This document shows, piece by piece, positions 25,302 through 39,570 of a stretch of DNA of 64,000 bases. The notes under the pieces are model-generated. The model saw only the letters and a program-made list of their open reading frames with translations. It did no database searches and was not told the origin of the DNA. The position numbers were made by a program, and so were the translations under genes. The stretch lies in NCBI GenBank assembly GCA_002189035.1, contig NEEC01000026.1, positions 434,001 to 498,000 of the forward strand, read 5' to 3'. The DNA is from Utricularia gibba. Its lineage: Eukaryota > Plantae > Magnoliophyta. Within the stretch, counting starts at the first letter, position 1. The number at the start of each line of letters is the position of its first letter.

Positions 25302-25983
25302 ATGGCCAGGGTTCACCCAAAATGCACGCCCGCCCATCGGTGCGGGGATCAGCCGGAGGTGTTCACCGTATGGAACAAGTCCCTCCTCTTCTCCTGCCAC
25401 GGATTCACCGTCTTCGACTCTGCCGGCAACATCATGTACCGTGTTGACAACTACTCCGCTGCCAGCAACCGCGAAATTTTTCTCATGGACGGCGGCGGTG
25501 ACGCTCTTCTCACCATCCGACGCAAGGTGAGCAAACTGCAGAAACAGACCTGAATTTCTCGAATTGGAAACTTGAGGGATTGTGTCGTGTGTGTAATTGC
25601 AGAAAATCAGCTTCAGGGATTGCTGGACGGTGTACGACGGCGAGACGTCGGAGAATCCGCTTCTAATTTTCAAGAAAAGCGTGAATCTAGGCGGACGCAG
25701 CAGGTGCCTGGCCGTAGCGACCGCTGCCGGTAATCCAAGTAGGCAATTCGTTTACAGGGTGGAAGGCTGTTACCGACACCGTCGCTGCGACGTATTCGAT
25801 AATCAAAATCGGCTAGTTGCAGAGATGGAGCCAAAAGAATCTTCCGTGAAAGGCGTTTGTCTGGGGACCGATATTTTCCGCCTAATCGTGCGCCCTCAGC
25901 ACATTAACTCTGCGGCGGCCATGGCGATCGTCATCCTTTTGGATCAGATGTTTGGATCGTCCGGTTCACCGCAGCGGCTTTAG
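25302..25983 (+). CDS. LURP-one-related protein (Tubby C-terminal-like, Tub_2)
   Basis: Exons 25302-25526 and 25603-25983: VFTVWNKSLLFSCHGFTVFDSAGNIMYRVDNY..LMDGGGDALLTIRRK|KISFRDCW..GTDIFRLIVRP..AMAIVILLDQMF. Confidence 0.92.
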
Positions 25984-26206
25984 TAACCTTTGTTTGGAGA
26001 TTCACTTGTTTCTGTCCGATCAGATATAATCCCGGTTCGCTTTGTTGTAGCTTATTTATACTGAGTGTGCCGCCATTGGCCCGGCCCATTCCATATAATA
26101 AAAACCATCCCGGTTCGCATCTCAGGTTTCACTCACCGGTTCAATCCATCACAACCACGACGGAATAAGACCGGCTACCGGCTCCCTCTTTCCGCAGGCG
26201 GAAGCG

Positions 26207-28773
<2,567 letters not shown>

Positions 28774-29326
28774 GAGCAAGCGTCCGGCCATTTGTCCATC
28801 CAAAGTTGCTGCTACTGCTGCTACAAACGAACGCAGTGATTGTGTGGGCTCAATTCTGTCACAAATTCTGGCAGTAGGTTCATTGCATTGTCGACAGTGT
28901 CGGTTTCAAACTGCCTGTTAGGCAACACATAAGCAACACGAGTGAACAAGGCTTCATTCTCATTGAAAATGGAGTTAGTTTTGGGGTGTTGAAAAACTTG
29001 GATCGAAAGGTGTGATCAGCATTGAATTCGGGAGTAGGTAAAGAAGAGTGCAGCAATGAACATGGATACGTGTAAGTTGCTCCATGTGAACCCTGGAACA
29101 TCGAAATTTAGATACCAAATACATCAATTCCATGAAATCATATCTAATTCAGTCTCATGACCAGCAGGTCACCCATCTTTGACTTCTAGGGACAGAACAT
29201 CAATCTAAGATTGCTTTTCTTTGTAAAACCTGATCCACCAACTTGATTCAGGGGCGCCACAATGAGTTTTCAGGACAACGAAGGGCTGCTGTTTTTCAAT
29301 TCGTTTCTAGAAAGAAATGAAGGGCC

Positions 29327-29393
29327 GGTAGGTAAAACGGGGGTTAGTGGGGTGCCATTCATCAGCAAGCGACTTCCAATTGCATCTATAAAT
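29327..29393 (+). promoter_or_regulatory. AC element and TATA box of the CCR promoter
   Basis: GGTAGGT (reverse complement of AC-I ACCTACC) at 29327-29333; CTATAAAT at about 29386-29393, about 65 bp before the ATG. Confidence 0.55.
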
Positions 29394-29453
29394 GCAACTG
29401 CGTTTCTCAGAGTTTCTTCTGTGGTCTTGGGGATTCATAGACGAACAGCCTCA

Positions 29454-30818
29454 ATGCCGTCAGCCCCGGGACAAGTGGTGTGTGTCACCGGCGCCGGAGG
29501 TTTCATCGCCTCATGGCTGGTCAAACTCCTCCTGGAGAAGGGCTACACCGTGAGAGGCACCCTTAGAGACCCCGGTAACGTTTTTTTTTTTTTTAATGGA
29601 AAATAATAATAATAGAAAAATGCATGTTTCCAAAACGCTAATGTCTGTGCATCATTCCCGACTTTTGTGTCCTTGTCTAGAGGATCCAAAGAACTCCCAT
29701 TTGAGAGATCTTGAAGGAAAGGAGAGGCTGACTCTTTGGAAGGCTGATCTCAATGACTACGAGGGCCTCAAGGCCGCGATCGAGGGCTGCAACGGCGTCT
29801 TCCACACCGCTTGCCCCGTCACAGACGACCCTGTGAGCAATATTGGAAAGGAAAATCAATTAAACTTGTTAGAATGAGGCGTCATCCTACATATAATTCA
29901 TCTATCTTTTCACGCAGAAAATGTTGGAGCCGACGATTAACGGAGCCAAGTACGTGATCAAGGCGGCGGCGGCGGCGGCGGGGAATGTCCGCCGTGTGGT
30001 GCTGACGTCCTCCATCGGTACTGTGTACATGGATCCTCGCAGAGATCCAGAAACAATCGTTGACGAGGCATGCTGGAGCGACCTCCAATACTGCAAAGAA
30101 ACCAAGGTTGTTCACTTCACTCCGTTGCGTTGCGGTGCGTTGGTTATAATATGTTAGTGAAAATAATTGGACGCAATGTGTTGGTAGAATTGGTACTGCT
30201 TCGGGAAAACGGTGGCTGAGCAGGAGGCTTGGAAACTGGCTGCGGAGTTAGGCGTGGACCTGGTGGTGATCAACCCGGCTCTGGTTCTGGGGCCGCTGCT
30301 CCAGCCAACCGTGAACGCCAGCGTGGTTCACATTCTAAAATACTTGACCGGGGCCGCCAAAAGCTACGCCAACGCCGTCCAAGGGTACGTTGACGTGAGA
30401 GATGTGGCCGCCGCGCACCTCCTTTTGTTCGAAAAGGAGGCGGCCTCCGGTCGGTACGTGTGCGCGGAAAGCATCCTCCACCGCGGGAAGTGGTGGAGAT
30501 GCTGTCCAAGATGTTCCCGGAGTATCCCCTCCCCACCAAGTGAGTACTGAGTCGTAGTTTCCTTTCCTTTGCTTCCATTGCATTGCACACGGCGAGTTTG
30601 GATACTTGGATTGCAGGTGCTCCGACGAGGAGGGCCCAAGACGGAAGGCGTACAAGTTGTCGAATAAGAAGCTGGTGGAGTTGGGGGTGGCCTTCACCCC
30701 GACCAACCAGACCCTGTACGAAACAGTCAAAAGCCTGGAGGAGAAAGGGCACCTTCAAAGCCCAATACACGCCACACCGACGCAGAAGCCCACGCAGTCA
30801 CACACACAACCTAAGTGA
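29454..30818 (+). CDS. CCR: Cinnamoyl-CoA reductase (CCR1/2-like); apparent -1 frameshift near 30485
   Basis: Five exons; [20 protein letters not shown]-binding motif, [45 protein letters not shown]; stop at 30818. Confidence 0.9.
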
Positions 30819-30839
30819 TGGATGGAAATTATTTGGATG

Positions 30840-31570
30840 GTTGGTTCACGTTTACTATTTTATGTACAAATTATGAGAAATAGAAATTCCATATCCCAGT
30901 CCCAGGCCATAAGCCATAATTGAGGGAGGGGGGGGAACTGGTCAGCAGATTGGACCTGCATCGGCATCACACATGTGCGATAGATACTCAACCAATCAAG
31001 TCAAAAGTGCAACCGCCGCCCCACGTTTTTTTAGTTCCGCAGACGACACCACAGCAGGGGGTTGACTCTTCCGTCCCGTCCCGTGTGGGTCTTGGTCTTG
31101 GTGTTGGTCTTGGTGCCAGCTTGACCTTCAAACCCCCTCCTGCCTGCTCATCCTGCACTCAATGAAACCCCCTTCCCTTCACTTCACGTCTCAATTCTCA
31201 ACATCCGGTTTAGGTTTTTCACTATTTTATTTTATATACAAATTCTGTAAACAGCACAGCACAGGATGCTTGAAATTTGAAAACTAGAAATTCCATTTCC
31301 ATATCCCGGGGAAGGGAACCAACTGGTCAACGCAAAGAAAGAGAGAGAGAGAGAGTGCGACGCGATACTCAACCAATCAGGTGCAACCGCCCCTCCCCAC
31401 GTGTTTTAGTTCGGCCGACGACACTACGGGGGTTGACTTTTCCGTCCCGTGTCGGTCTTACTCGCTCCTTGACCTTCCCGTCCCCATTCAAACCCCCAGC
31501 TCACCCTGCAGTGCAGTCAATAAAAGCCTCCCGCCCCGCTCCCCTTCACGTCCCAAATCACACCCAACCA
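30840..31570 (+). promoter_or_regulatory. Tandemly duplicated W-box-rich promoter module upstream of the WRKY gene
   Basis: Two diverged copies of about 370-400 bp sharing TAGAAATTCCAT, GATACTCAACCAATCA, GGGGTTGACT.TTCCGTCCCGT and CTTGACCTTC; W-boxes at 30999, 31062, 31121, 31325, 31433, 31469 and 31515. Confidence 0.8.
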
Positions 31571-31596
31571 GCCCTTCGTTCAGACAGCGTCGCGCC

Positions 31597-32635
31597 ATGG
31601 AATTCTCCACTCTCCTCCTCGATACTTCATTGCAGCTGAGTCTCAACGCATCCCCGGAGGAATCCCAGTCTCCAAACAGCAAGACGCTCCCCAGTCAAGG
31701 ACTCTATTCCGATTCTTGGGACTCATGCGTGGATGAGGTGCGCCCCCCGGCGGCTTATTATTTTCCCCCATCTCGCATTCTCTTGCTTACTCATCTGTGG
31801 ATGGATGGATGGATCAGAGAGGTGGCCTCAAGGACAGATTGAAGAAGCTGAGTGAAGAGAACCAAAAGCTGACCCGCCTTCTCAACGCCATGCAGGAGAA
31901 TTGCAACAATTTGAGTCGTCAGCTGAGGGAGCAGACACCCGTCAGCATCCATTCACCCGACAGGAAAAGGAAAGCGGAACCCAGCGTCATCACAAAGGAG
32001 GATCTGGCCTTCTGCGGTGAGACCAGTTCTAGTGACAAGGGGGGCTCAACAAAGAAACCCAGGGAGCAACACGAGGTGGTGTCCCCCACGATTTCGCGTG
32101 TTTTTGTTAGAACAGATGCCTCCGATACGAGTCTGGTGAGCGGCACTAAAACACTCCGTCTCTCATTTGATTCTTCAGGGGGGTTTGTGTCTGATAACAA
32201 TGGTTTTATGGATTTCAGATAGTGAAGGATGAGTACAAGTGGAGGAAGTACGGGCAGAAGGTGACTAAAGACAACCCTTGTCCGAAAGCGTACTTCAGAT
32301 GTGGTTCATCCCCAAATTGTCCGGTGAAGAAGAAGGTTCAGAGAAGCATGGAGGATCAATCCATTGTCGTGGCGACATACGAAGGGGAGCACAATCATCC
32401 TCCGGCGACGAATCCCCACGAAGGCGCACCAAAATGCACCTCCTCATCCCCCAGCACATTCCAACTGACTGCTTCGAAGCACAAAATGAGCCAAGGGGAG
32501 TCAGCAAGTCTCCCGGAAGGTCAAAAGCTGTTTATGGAGAAGATGGCTTCTACATTAGCTAAAGATGCCAGTTTCAGAGACGCGCTTGCGGCTGCCATTT
32601 CTGAGAGGTTTCTTGTGCACATCAATCACAAGTAG
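31597..32635 (+). CDS. WRKY transcription factor, group IIa (WRKY18/40/60-like)
   Basis: Three exons; leucine-zipper [15 protein letters not shown]; DTSL|[29 protein letters not shown]5-C..YEGEHNH; C-terminal [23 protein letters not shown]. Confidence 0.93.
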
Positions 32636-32896
32636 GGGAGATGAAGCCTCACAAACGACATGGTTTCCATGAAACGGACGAGAAAGATGGTCCGAGTCAA
32701 AGGTGGTTGACTAGAAACAAATTACTTAGAATAAGTATTATTCAATTTAAATGAAAACCAAATTATATTATGACCTAGAGTCCTATCACTTAGAATGACT
32801 CAAAATCCAACAACTCCACCAAACCTTCCCGCTGAATGAATTGAATCGTGTTGTCTTCATAGAGGACCCGATTTGGAGGTGACAATATAATTGTTG

Positions 32897-33779
32897 TGTT
32901 GACAATATCAAGAAGGAATCACAAGTTAGTTACTAGATCTTGCTTTGACCAATGCATGTCGCTGAACTCGTTGAAGGTGTTGATATCAGTTTAGTTCATT
33001 TGTTAGTCTATTATCCAGAGTTGATATAATATGCATTGAAACATGCAAAGGAATAATGACAGTTTGTTCTGTTTTCTTTCATTACCTTCTACGGTGTCTC
33101 CATCTTATCTTGTTTGCTGTCTTTTCATACATCAAACAACCTCCATTCTCAGTAGCGGACGCATGATTTGATCGGATTCGGGGCGATAAAATAATTACAT
33201 TCTTGATCGTTATTTTTTATTGTCTTCAACCCAACATCTGTCAAAGCATCCTTATTATTCATCAATCAAGCGAGTCTCATGCAAAATCGCAGACCTCTTC
33301 CAACACGTGGTATCAAAGCGAGGTTACCAAACCAGAAAGCAAATCCACAATTATTTTCCACTGGTGCAGTATGAAATTCTGATGAAGCTGACTACGTAAT
33401 CTGGGCAATTCATGTGCATGCCTACCTAGGATGTATGAAGCTTTCGGATGTTGTGGAAAGCGACTCCCCTGTGCCTGAACTCGCTATAAACACAGCTGCA
33501 ACACAAACCAGATATGAAGAGTTACTTGCAAGAAAGAAAGCTGCAAAAGTGGTGATCTTCCTCGAGTACTAACGTGCTCAAATGCATGAGACATTTGGAA
33601 TCAGCTCAGACTTGAGTTTGAGGAAGATGAGCTGACAAAAGAGCTCGCAATTATCAATCTTGATCAAGAATTGAACAACTTCCGAATGATATCTTCGGAG
33701 ACGATCAAGCAATATGTGGACTGAGTATCTAATGAGCCTAAATGAATCTTGTTATGCCGTGAAACAACTGGCTCGCTGG
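32897..33779 (+). mobile_element. Older Copia 5' LTR, PBS and gag fragment (host of the next element)
   Basis: ..CTTCCAACA (33305) then TGGTATCAAAGC (33308-33319); gag-like DYVIWAIHVHAYL and IWNQLRLEFEE..NFRMISSETIKQY with stops. The LTR start is approximate. Confidence 0.65.
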
Positions 33780-36700
33780 TGACAAAAAGGAAGAAATTGC
33801 AAGAGATTGTAGAAAGGTTGAAAAACTCCATTTTTTGTTTTGATTTTTCCTGAGATACATTTGTCACTTGTTACAATGAATTCTTATATAGAATGATTTT
33901 CATGGAAACCTCCAAACATGATATTTTGCTTCTTCTTTTCAATCCCATTTGTCGTCTATTTGAGTATGAAGCTGCTAGCCTTTCTTGCGTGTCCAACTGC
34001 ACTAGCTACAGCACTTCGGCTTGAATCAGAGACATTACTGTAGCTCGCAACAGCGGTGTGCTTCATCATCCCCTCCTCAAGTCGGAGTCTCCTCAGGTTA
34101 GTAAGCCCTAGTTTCTTTGAGAAGCCTTCAAATTCAACAATACTTAGGGGCTTTGTGAGCATATCTACAATCTGTGAAGCCGTGCTCATGAATTGAGGCT
34201 TTATGAGTTTTTGCTTGAAGCAATCTCGCACAACATGACAATCAATTTCTATATGCTTTGTTCTCTCATGATAAACTAGATTTTCGGTTATTTGAATCAC
34301 TGCTTTGTTATCGCAATATAGGGGAATTGGCTCATGAGTTGAGAGATCCATCTCATTCAAGAGGTAATTTAACCATTTTAACTCACAAACTATGGTGGCC
34401 ATACTCCTATACTCAGCCTCTGTCGAAGACCTTGAAACCATGGATTGTTTTTTTTGTTTTCCAAGATATAAGTGCAAATCCATAGAAGATTGCATATACA
34501 CTGAGGGATTTTCTGGATAGAGGACAAGTGGCCCAATCTGAATCACAATATGCACTCAAGGTTTTTGATCCTGACTTCGGGTAGAAGAGTCCCTACTGCA
34601 TCGTCCCCTTCAGGTATCTAGCAACCTGTATTGCTGGTGTTTAATATTCTTGGCATGGGTTTTCCATGAATTGACTGAGTAATTGCATTGGATATGATGT
34701 ATCAAGCCTGGAGAACCCCAAGTAGAGAAGTTGACCCACAAGTCTTTTGTAATCTTTAATAGAGTTTAGTGGCTTTCCAAGGACATCAGAAAATCCAAAA
34801 CCCTTTGGCAATGGTGTAGTTGGACATTTTTCAATAGATAGGTTTAAGTCCGCTAGAATCCCTTCCACATAAGCACTTTGACATAAAAAAATCTCTTCAT
34901 TTTTTCTATGTATTTGAAATTGAGGTAGTATCTTGACTCACCTATATCTTTGATAGTGAACCATTTATCCAATCTTGTTTTCACATGCTGAATCTCTTCC
35001 TTGGAGGTGCCTACAATAAGGATGTCGTCCATGTAAACGAGGAGGACGATTACGGATTGTTCTGTCCTTTTCAGAAATAGGCATGGATCGTGGTTGCTTT
35101 GCTTGAAATGAATAGTCTCCAATTTGCAAGTAAGTTCCTTGTTCCATTGTCTTGAGGCTTGCATCAGACCATAGATTGATTTTAAAAGTTTACAAACATT
35201 TCCACCTGTTTCATACCCTTCTAGAGGTTGCATATAAATTTCCTCTTCCAACCTTCCATGTAGGAAAGCATTGTTCACATCTACCTGATGCAAGTGCCAA
35301 TTATGTGTGGCTGCAATTACTAGGATAAGTCTCACAATGGTCGACCTTGCAACAAGTGAGAAGCTGTCTCTAAAGTCTTTTCCAGCTTTTTGTGAAAAGC
35401 TTTTTGCCACCAATCTAGCTTTTTGTCTTGCTATTGTCCCATCTATATTCATCTTATGTTTATACACCTATTCGCTTCCAACTAGATTTTGTTTGGGAGG
35501 GGGATCAATTAAGATCCACATTCCATTATCTTCAAGAGCCTTTATTTCATCTCTCATGGGCTGCGTCCAATTTTCATCCTCCAGACGTAATTGATGGGTT
35601 CCTTCTGTCTTGTGTTGCTTGCATCAAGAGAGTAGACGTAATCTTGCATCCACTTAGGTTTGGTAATGGGTCTAGTGCTTCACCTTACTGTTGGCTCATC
35701 ATAGGTTTGTTCCGCTTGTTCAAGCATGGATTCTGTCTCATGCTCCTTTGGTAAAATTTCAGTGAGAATGAGATTATCTGTTGCAGCTTAAGGTAGATGC
35801 TTTGAGCTGGTTTTCTCCTCCAAGTGGGGCTAAAAAGCTGCATGATCTAATAGAGGTAGGATTCCATGAGATTCACTTGCATGACTGCAGAACTTATATG
35901 GGAAAACCTCTTCATAGAATACCACATCTTTGGAAATTAACATACTTTGGGTTTTAGGTATGAAAATCTTGAAACCCTTCTTTCCTATTACATACCCCAA
36001 AAATATCCCTTTCTTTCCTTGTGCAGCAAACTTGTCATAACTCTTTAGGGGATCAGCGTAGAAACAGAGACACCCAAAGGTCCGTAATTGAGAAAGATCA
36101 GCTTGTTTGGTATACAAAACTTCTATTGGTGTCTTCCCTTGTAACGATACCTTTGGCAGCCTGTTTATGATGTAGGTAGCTGTCAAGGGTGCCTTCCCTC
36201 ATAGACATATCGATGCATTAGACTGATGCATCAATGCCCTCGCCACCTCGAGTAAGTGTTTGTGCTTTCTCTCCACCCTTCCGTTTTGCTGTGGAGTGTA
36301 CGTGCAAGAAGTCTGATGTTGTATTCCTTTTTGACCAAAAAATTCCTTCAAGCTCCAGCTAATAAACTCACCTCCATTATCAGTTTGGATGGTTTTGATC
36401 TTCTTCTAAAATTGTGTTTCAACCAGATGTACAATATTCTTAATGCAGTGGCTTCAGATTTGTATTGCAACAAGTCCAGGTTGCCCTACTTTCATCATCA
36501 ACAATGGTCAGGAAAGAATGTGTATTTGTGACCATAGGAATTTTGTAAGGCCCCAATATATCCATATGTACCTTTTCGAAAAGATCACCTACTACATTTT
36601 CACTGCTTTCAAACCTCAATCTCGTTTGCCTGCTAGCATGACAGAATTGACAAGGTGTCAATTGCTTCTCATCTTTGGAGGTGATTAACTGAAGTTTTCT

Positions 36701-37110
36701 CATTACGTTTGCTGGTGCATGCCCTAAATGCATGTGCCATAAAACAAGTTTGCCAATAGATGCGTTTACAAAAAGTTCATTAGATGAAAAAACAAAAAAC
36801 GTTATTTAAGACATCAATAGGAAGATCTCCACTAGTGAATTGCTCATCCAACTGGTACAAGCCTCTAACCAACTTTCCTTTTCCCTTGAGTGTGCTATCC
36901 ATGCGGTCCTGAAACTCATAACCATAGGGAGTAAATAAACAATTCAAGTTATTCTCTTTCAACAGTCTTGGCACTGAGATAATATTTTGTGTGAATCATG
37001 GCACATAAAACACTTTTGGCATGATAATATGCTTATTTACGTGTATTCTTCCTGCAAATTTCACTGCACAGGTATGGCCATTAGGAAGATGAATTTCCAC
37101 GATTGAAAGG

Positions 37111-39570
37111 TGATAAGTGATTTTATGTCGTTCCAAAACATGTTCTTCCATGTTGCGTGTCGTTTCCTCAACAAATTTTAAATATTTGTAAAACGTAAAA
37201 CATAAGAGCGTAGTACGAGTGTCGATCTCGGGGAGTTGTTTTTCGTGAAAAGTGTTTTGTGAGAAACTTCTACACAATGTCACGATTTTGTAAAAGGGGT
37301 TTGTGAAATGCAGAAATGAAAGATATAATCTAAGTGATGGGCCTTGACTACGGGACGCAATTCCTGGGAATGAGATTTCGTCTCCTTCCTTTGTCCATCC
37401 TCGCCTCGATTTTCATTGATTTCTTCCGAATAGCTGGTTATAGGAGCAAGGAATAGTCTACTTTCTCTTACACTCTAATTGACAAGGAGGCACGGGAATA
37501 ACCTCATGTGATTCCCCCTTGGACGATTAGGAAGACAAGAGGATTGCCTTCAAAACCAAATTGCGCGCATGTGCCCAGCTGTTGCCAATGACCAGTGGTA
37601 GGTCATAGGTCACAACCTGTCCACTGTCGCGGTGCCTAGGCCATAAACAATCCGCTACTTCCCTCGAACTGATAGGGTTGGAGTTGGTGCTGTTCCCTTG
37701 ATCTTCACCAAAATCCGCGAGAAGTGGCCTGCTACTCATGGTCCTTGATTAGGAGTCATTACAGAAAGACTGCAATAAGATACATGGAAGTATGCGAAAT
37801 CCAAATTGAATTCAGCGAAGAATCGAGTGTATTGCTCAAGCCTTGGAAGGAAACTTCATCTTCTCCCAGAAACTAAAAAGGTTTTAGCCACAAAGGGCCA
37901 TGAAAACAGAAACGAGATTGGAAACTAAGTGTTCTTCCACCTTGAGAGGAGGAAGAACTCAAAAGTTCTAAGTCTAGAAAGGAAATGAAAAAATTTTCAA
38001 GTTTAAAAGTCCAAAAATGAGTGCTCCAAATTGCTTTTATATCATTCCCTACATGTATTAACTCCTTTGTGTCCCCTTCCCATCATTCCTTCTGTCATGC
38101 ATGCACCAGTAGCTTTCCTTTGCGTGCAAGTTAACACCCAATCATTGCTGTAGATTATGACATGACGTAAGTCATGGGCCTTGACTAGTGTCAGTCTTCC
38201 GCCCACAATTGTTCCAAATCGCGTACAAGGCATAAAAAGTCAGACTCTAACCACCTACAATACTCCTGCAACACTCCACGACAATCTCCTGACATGTCTC
38301 GGTCAAAGTGTGAGAGAAAAGACAGAAAATATATACAAAAATAGGAAAATATGAATTTTCTAATAAAAATCAAATATTTAATAATAAGACTCCTAATTTG
38401 GGCGACTTAATACTAGATTAACACCTAATAATACCTAGTAAATAACTAGAAAATGGTACTTAACACGAAAATTACTCTTGAATGTTGTTTTTATTTATCT
38501 TAGACTCCACTTTCTCATTATTTTCACTTGATTTTACATCTTTCACACTACTTTGATCTTTTTGGAAAAAAAGTGTATTTTATGAATTTTTAAGGCATTT
38601 ATGGATCAATTTGAGGAGAAATCAAGAACCACCAAATTATAGACTTGATGGGCCATGAATCTCAGCCCAAGACTCGGTCAAACGATGAAGATTTGGTCCA
38701 AGATTCATGAATAAGATAAAGATATGTAGATAATTTTGGAAGATTTAGATAATTGATTTGGATAAAATATCTTATCTAAGCCTCCCAATATGAAGACTTG
38801 GATTTGGTCTCCTATAAATATCCCACTCTCTCAACTATTAGAGACGTCCTTTGACCACTTTTCCTTTGTATTTTTCCTATTTTCATGTCTATTTTCATGT
38901 TAGAGTCGAGTATGCGAGTATAGGCGCTTGTGGCTAAGGATCTACAGTGAAGCCTTGCTTGCGCAAGTCGTGTGCGTGTGACTGTCTTACTATGTTGTTT
39001 AACATTTAAATTGAGGTTTGATTCTATTTTTCGCAATGTTTTCTTTACCAACGTGATCTTTAGTACCATATAACTCTCAGGGAGTGTGGGAGAATTAAAG
39101 TTTGGCCTCAAGCACCTAAGGAGAAGGGCTCAATTAGACATCGTTGGTAAGACACATTCTGTCTAATCTGTCTGTGAAATGAGAGGTATAGAGGTTAGAT
39201 TTGGGTGTGGGGAAAACATGGGTTATCACAAGAGATGTAATGACTCTAGTGGTGTGGTTGATTCCATAATCCCACAAAACAAGGGACGGTGCTGTAACAG
39301 TTACCGGGTAGCACTATTTTAGAATAATACCTCTAAAGCTTGCTCAAGCAGGTCAATCTTCAAGGTTTGCACACATGTAAGGGCGAGTTTTAAGCAAGAT
39401 GGATCTTAGATCCAAGGTCACTTTTCTTATTGTTTTAAACCCAAATCTTTCTTTTGTTTTTAGTCTTTTTGAGTCTTTGTTTGAAAAGAAAATTCTAATA
39501 ACAATTCTCTGTGGATACGATCTTATTTTATTACTTCGACTGTTTCTGTGCACTTGCAGATTCACCATCA
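37111..39570 (+). mobile_element. Solo LTR (family A) inserted in the Copia pol and itself interrupted
   Basis: TGATAAGTG..CACCATCA with TSD AAAGG at 37106-37110 and 39571-39575; removing it restores Copia FTDIWPLL-SIVEIHLPNG. Confidence 0.88.
37151..38465 (-). mobile_element. LTR-like insertion (family C) within the family A solo LTR
   Basis: TGTTG...TTAACA ends; this 1.3-kb segment is absent from the family A copy at 55740-56882; no matching TSD (TTCCA vs CGAAA). Confidence 0.6.
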
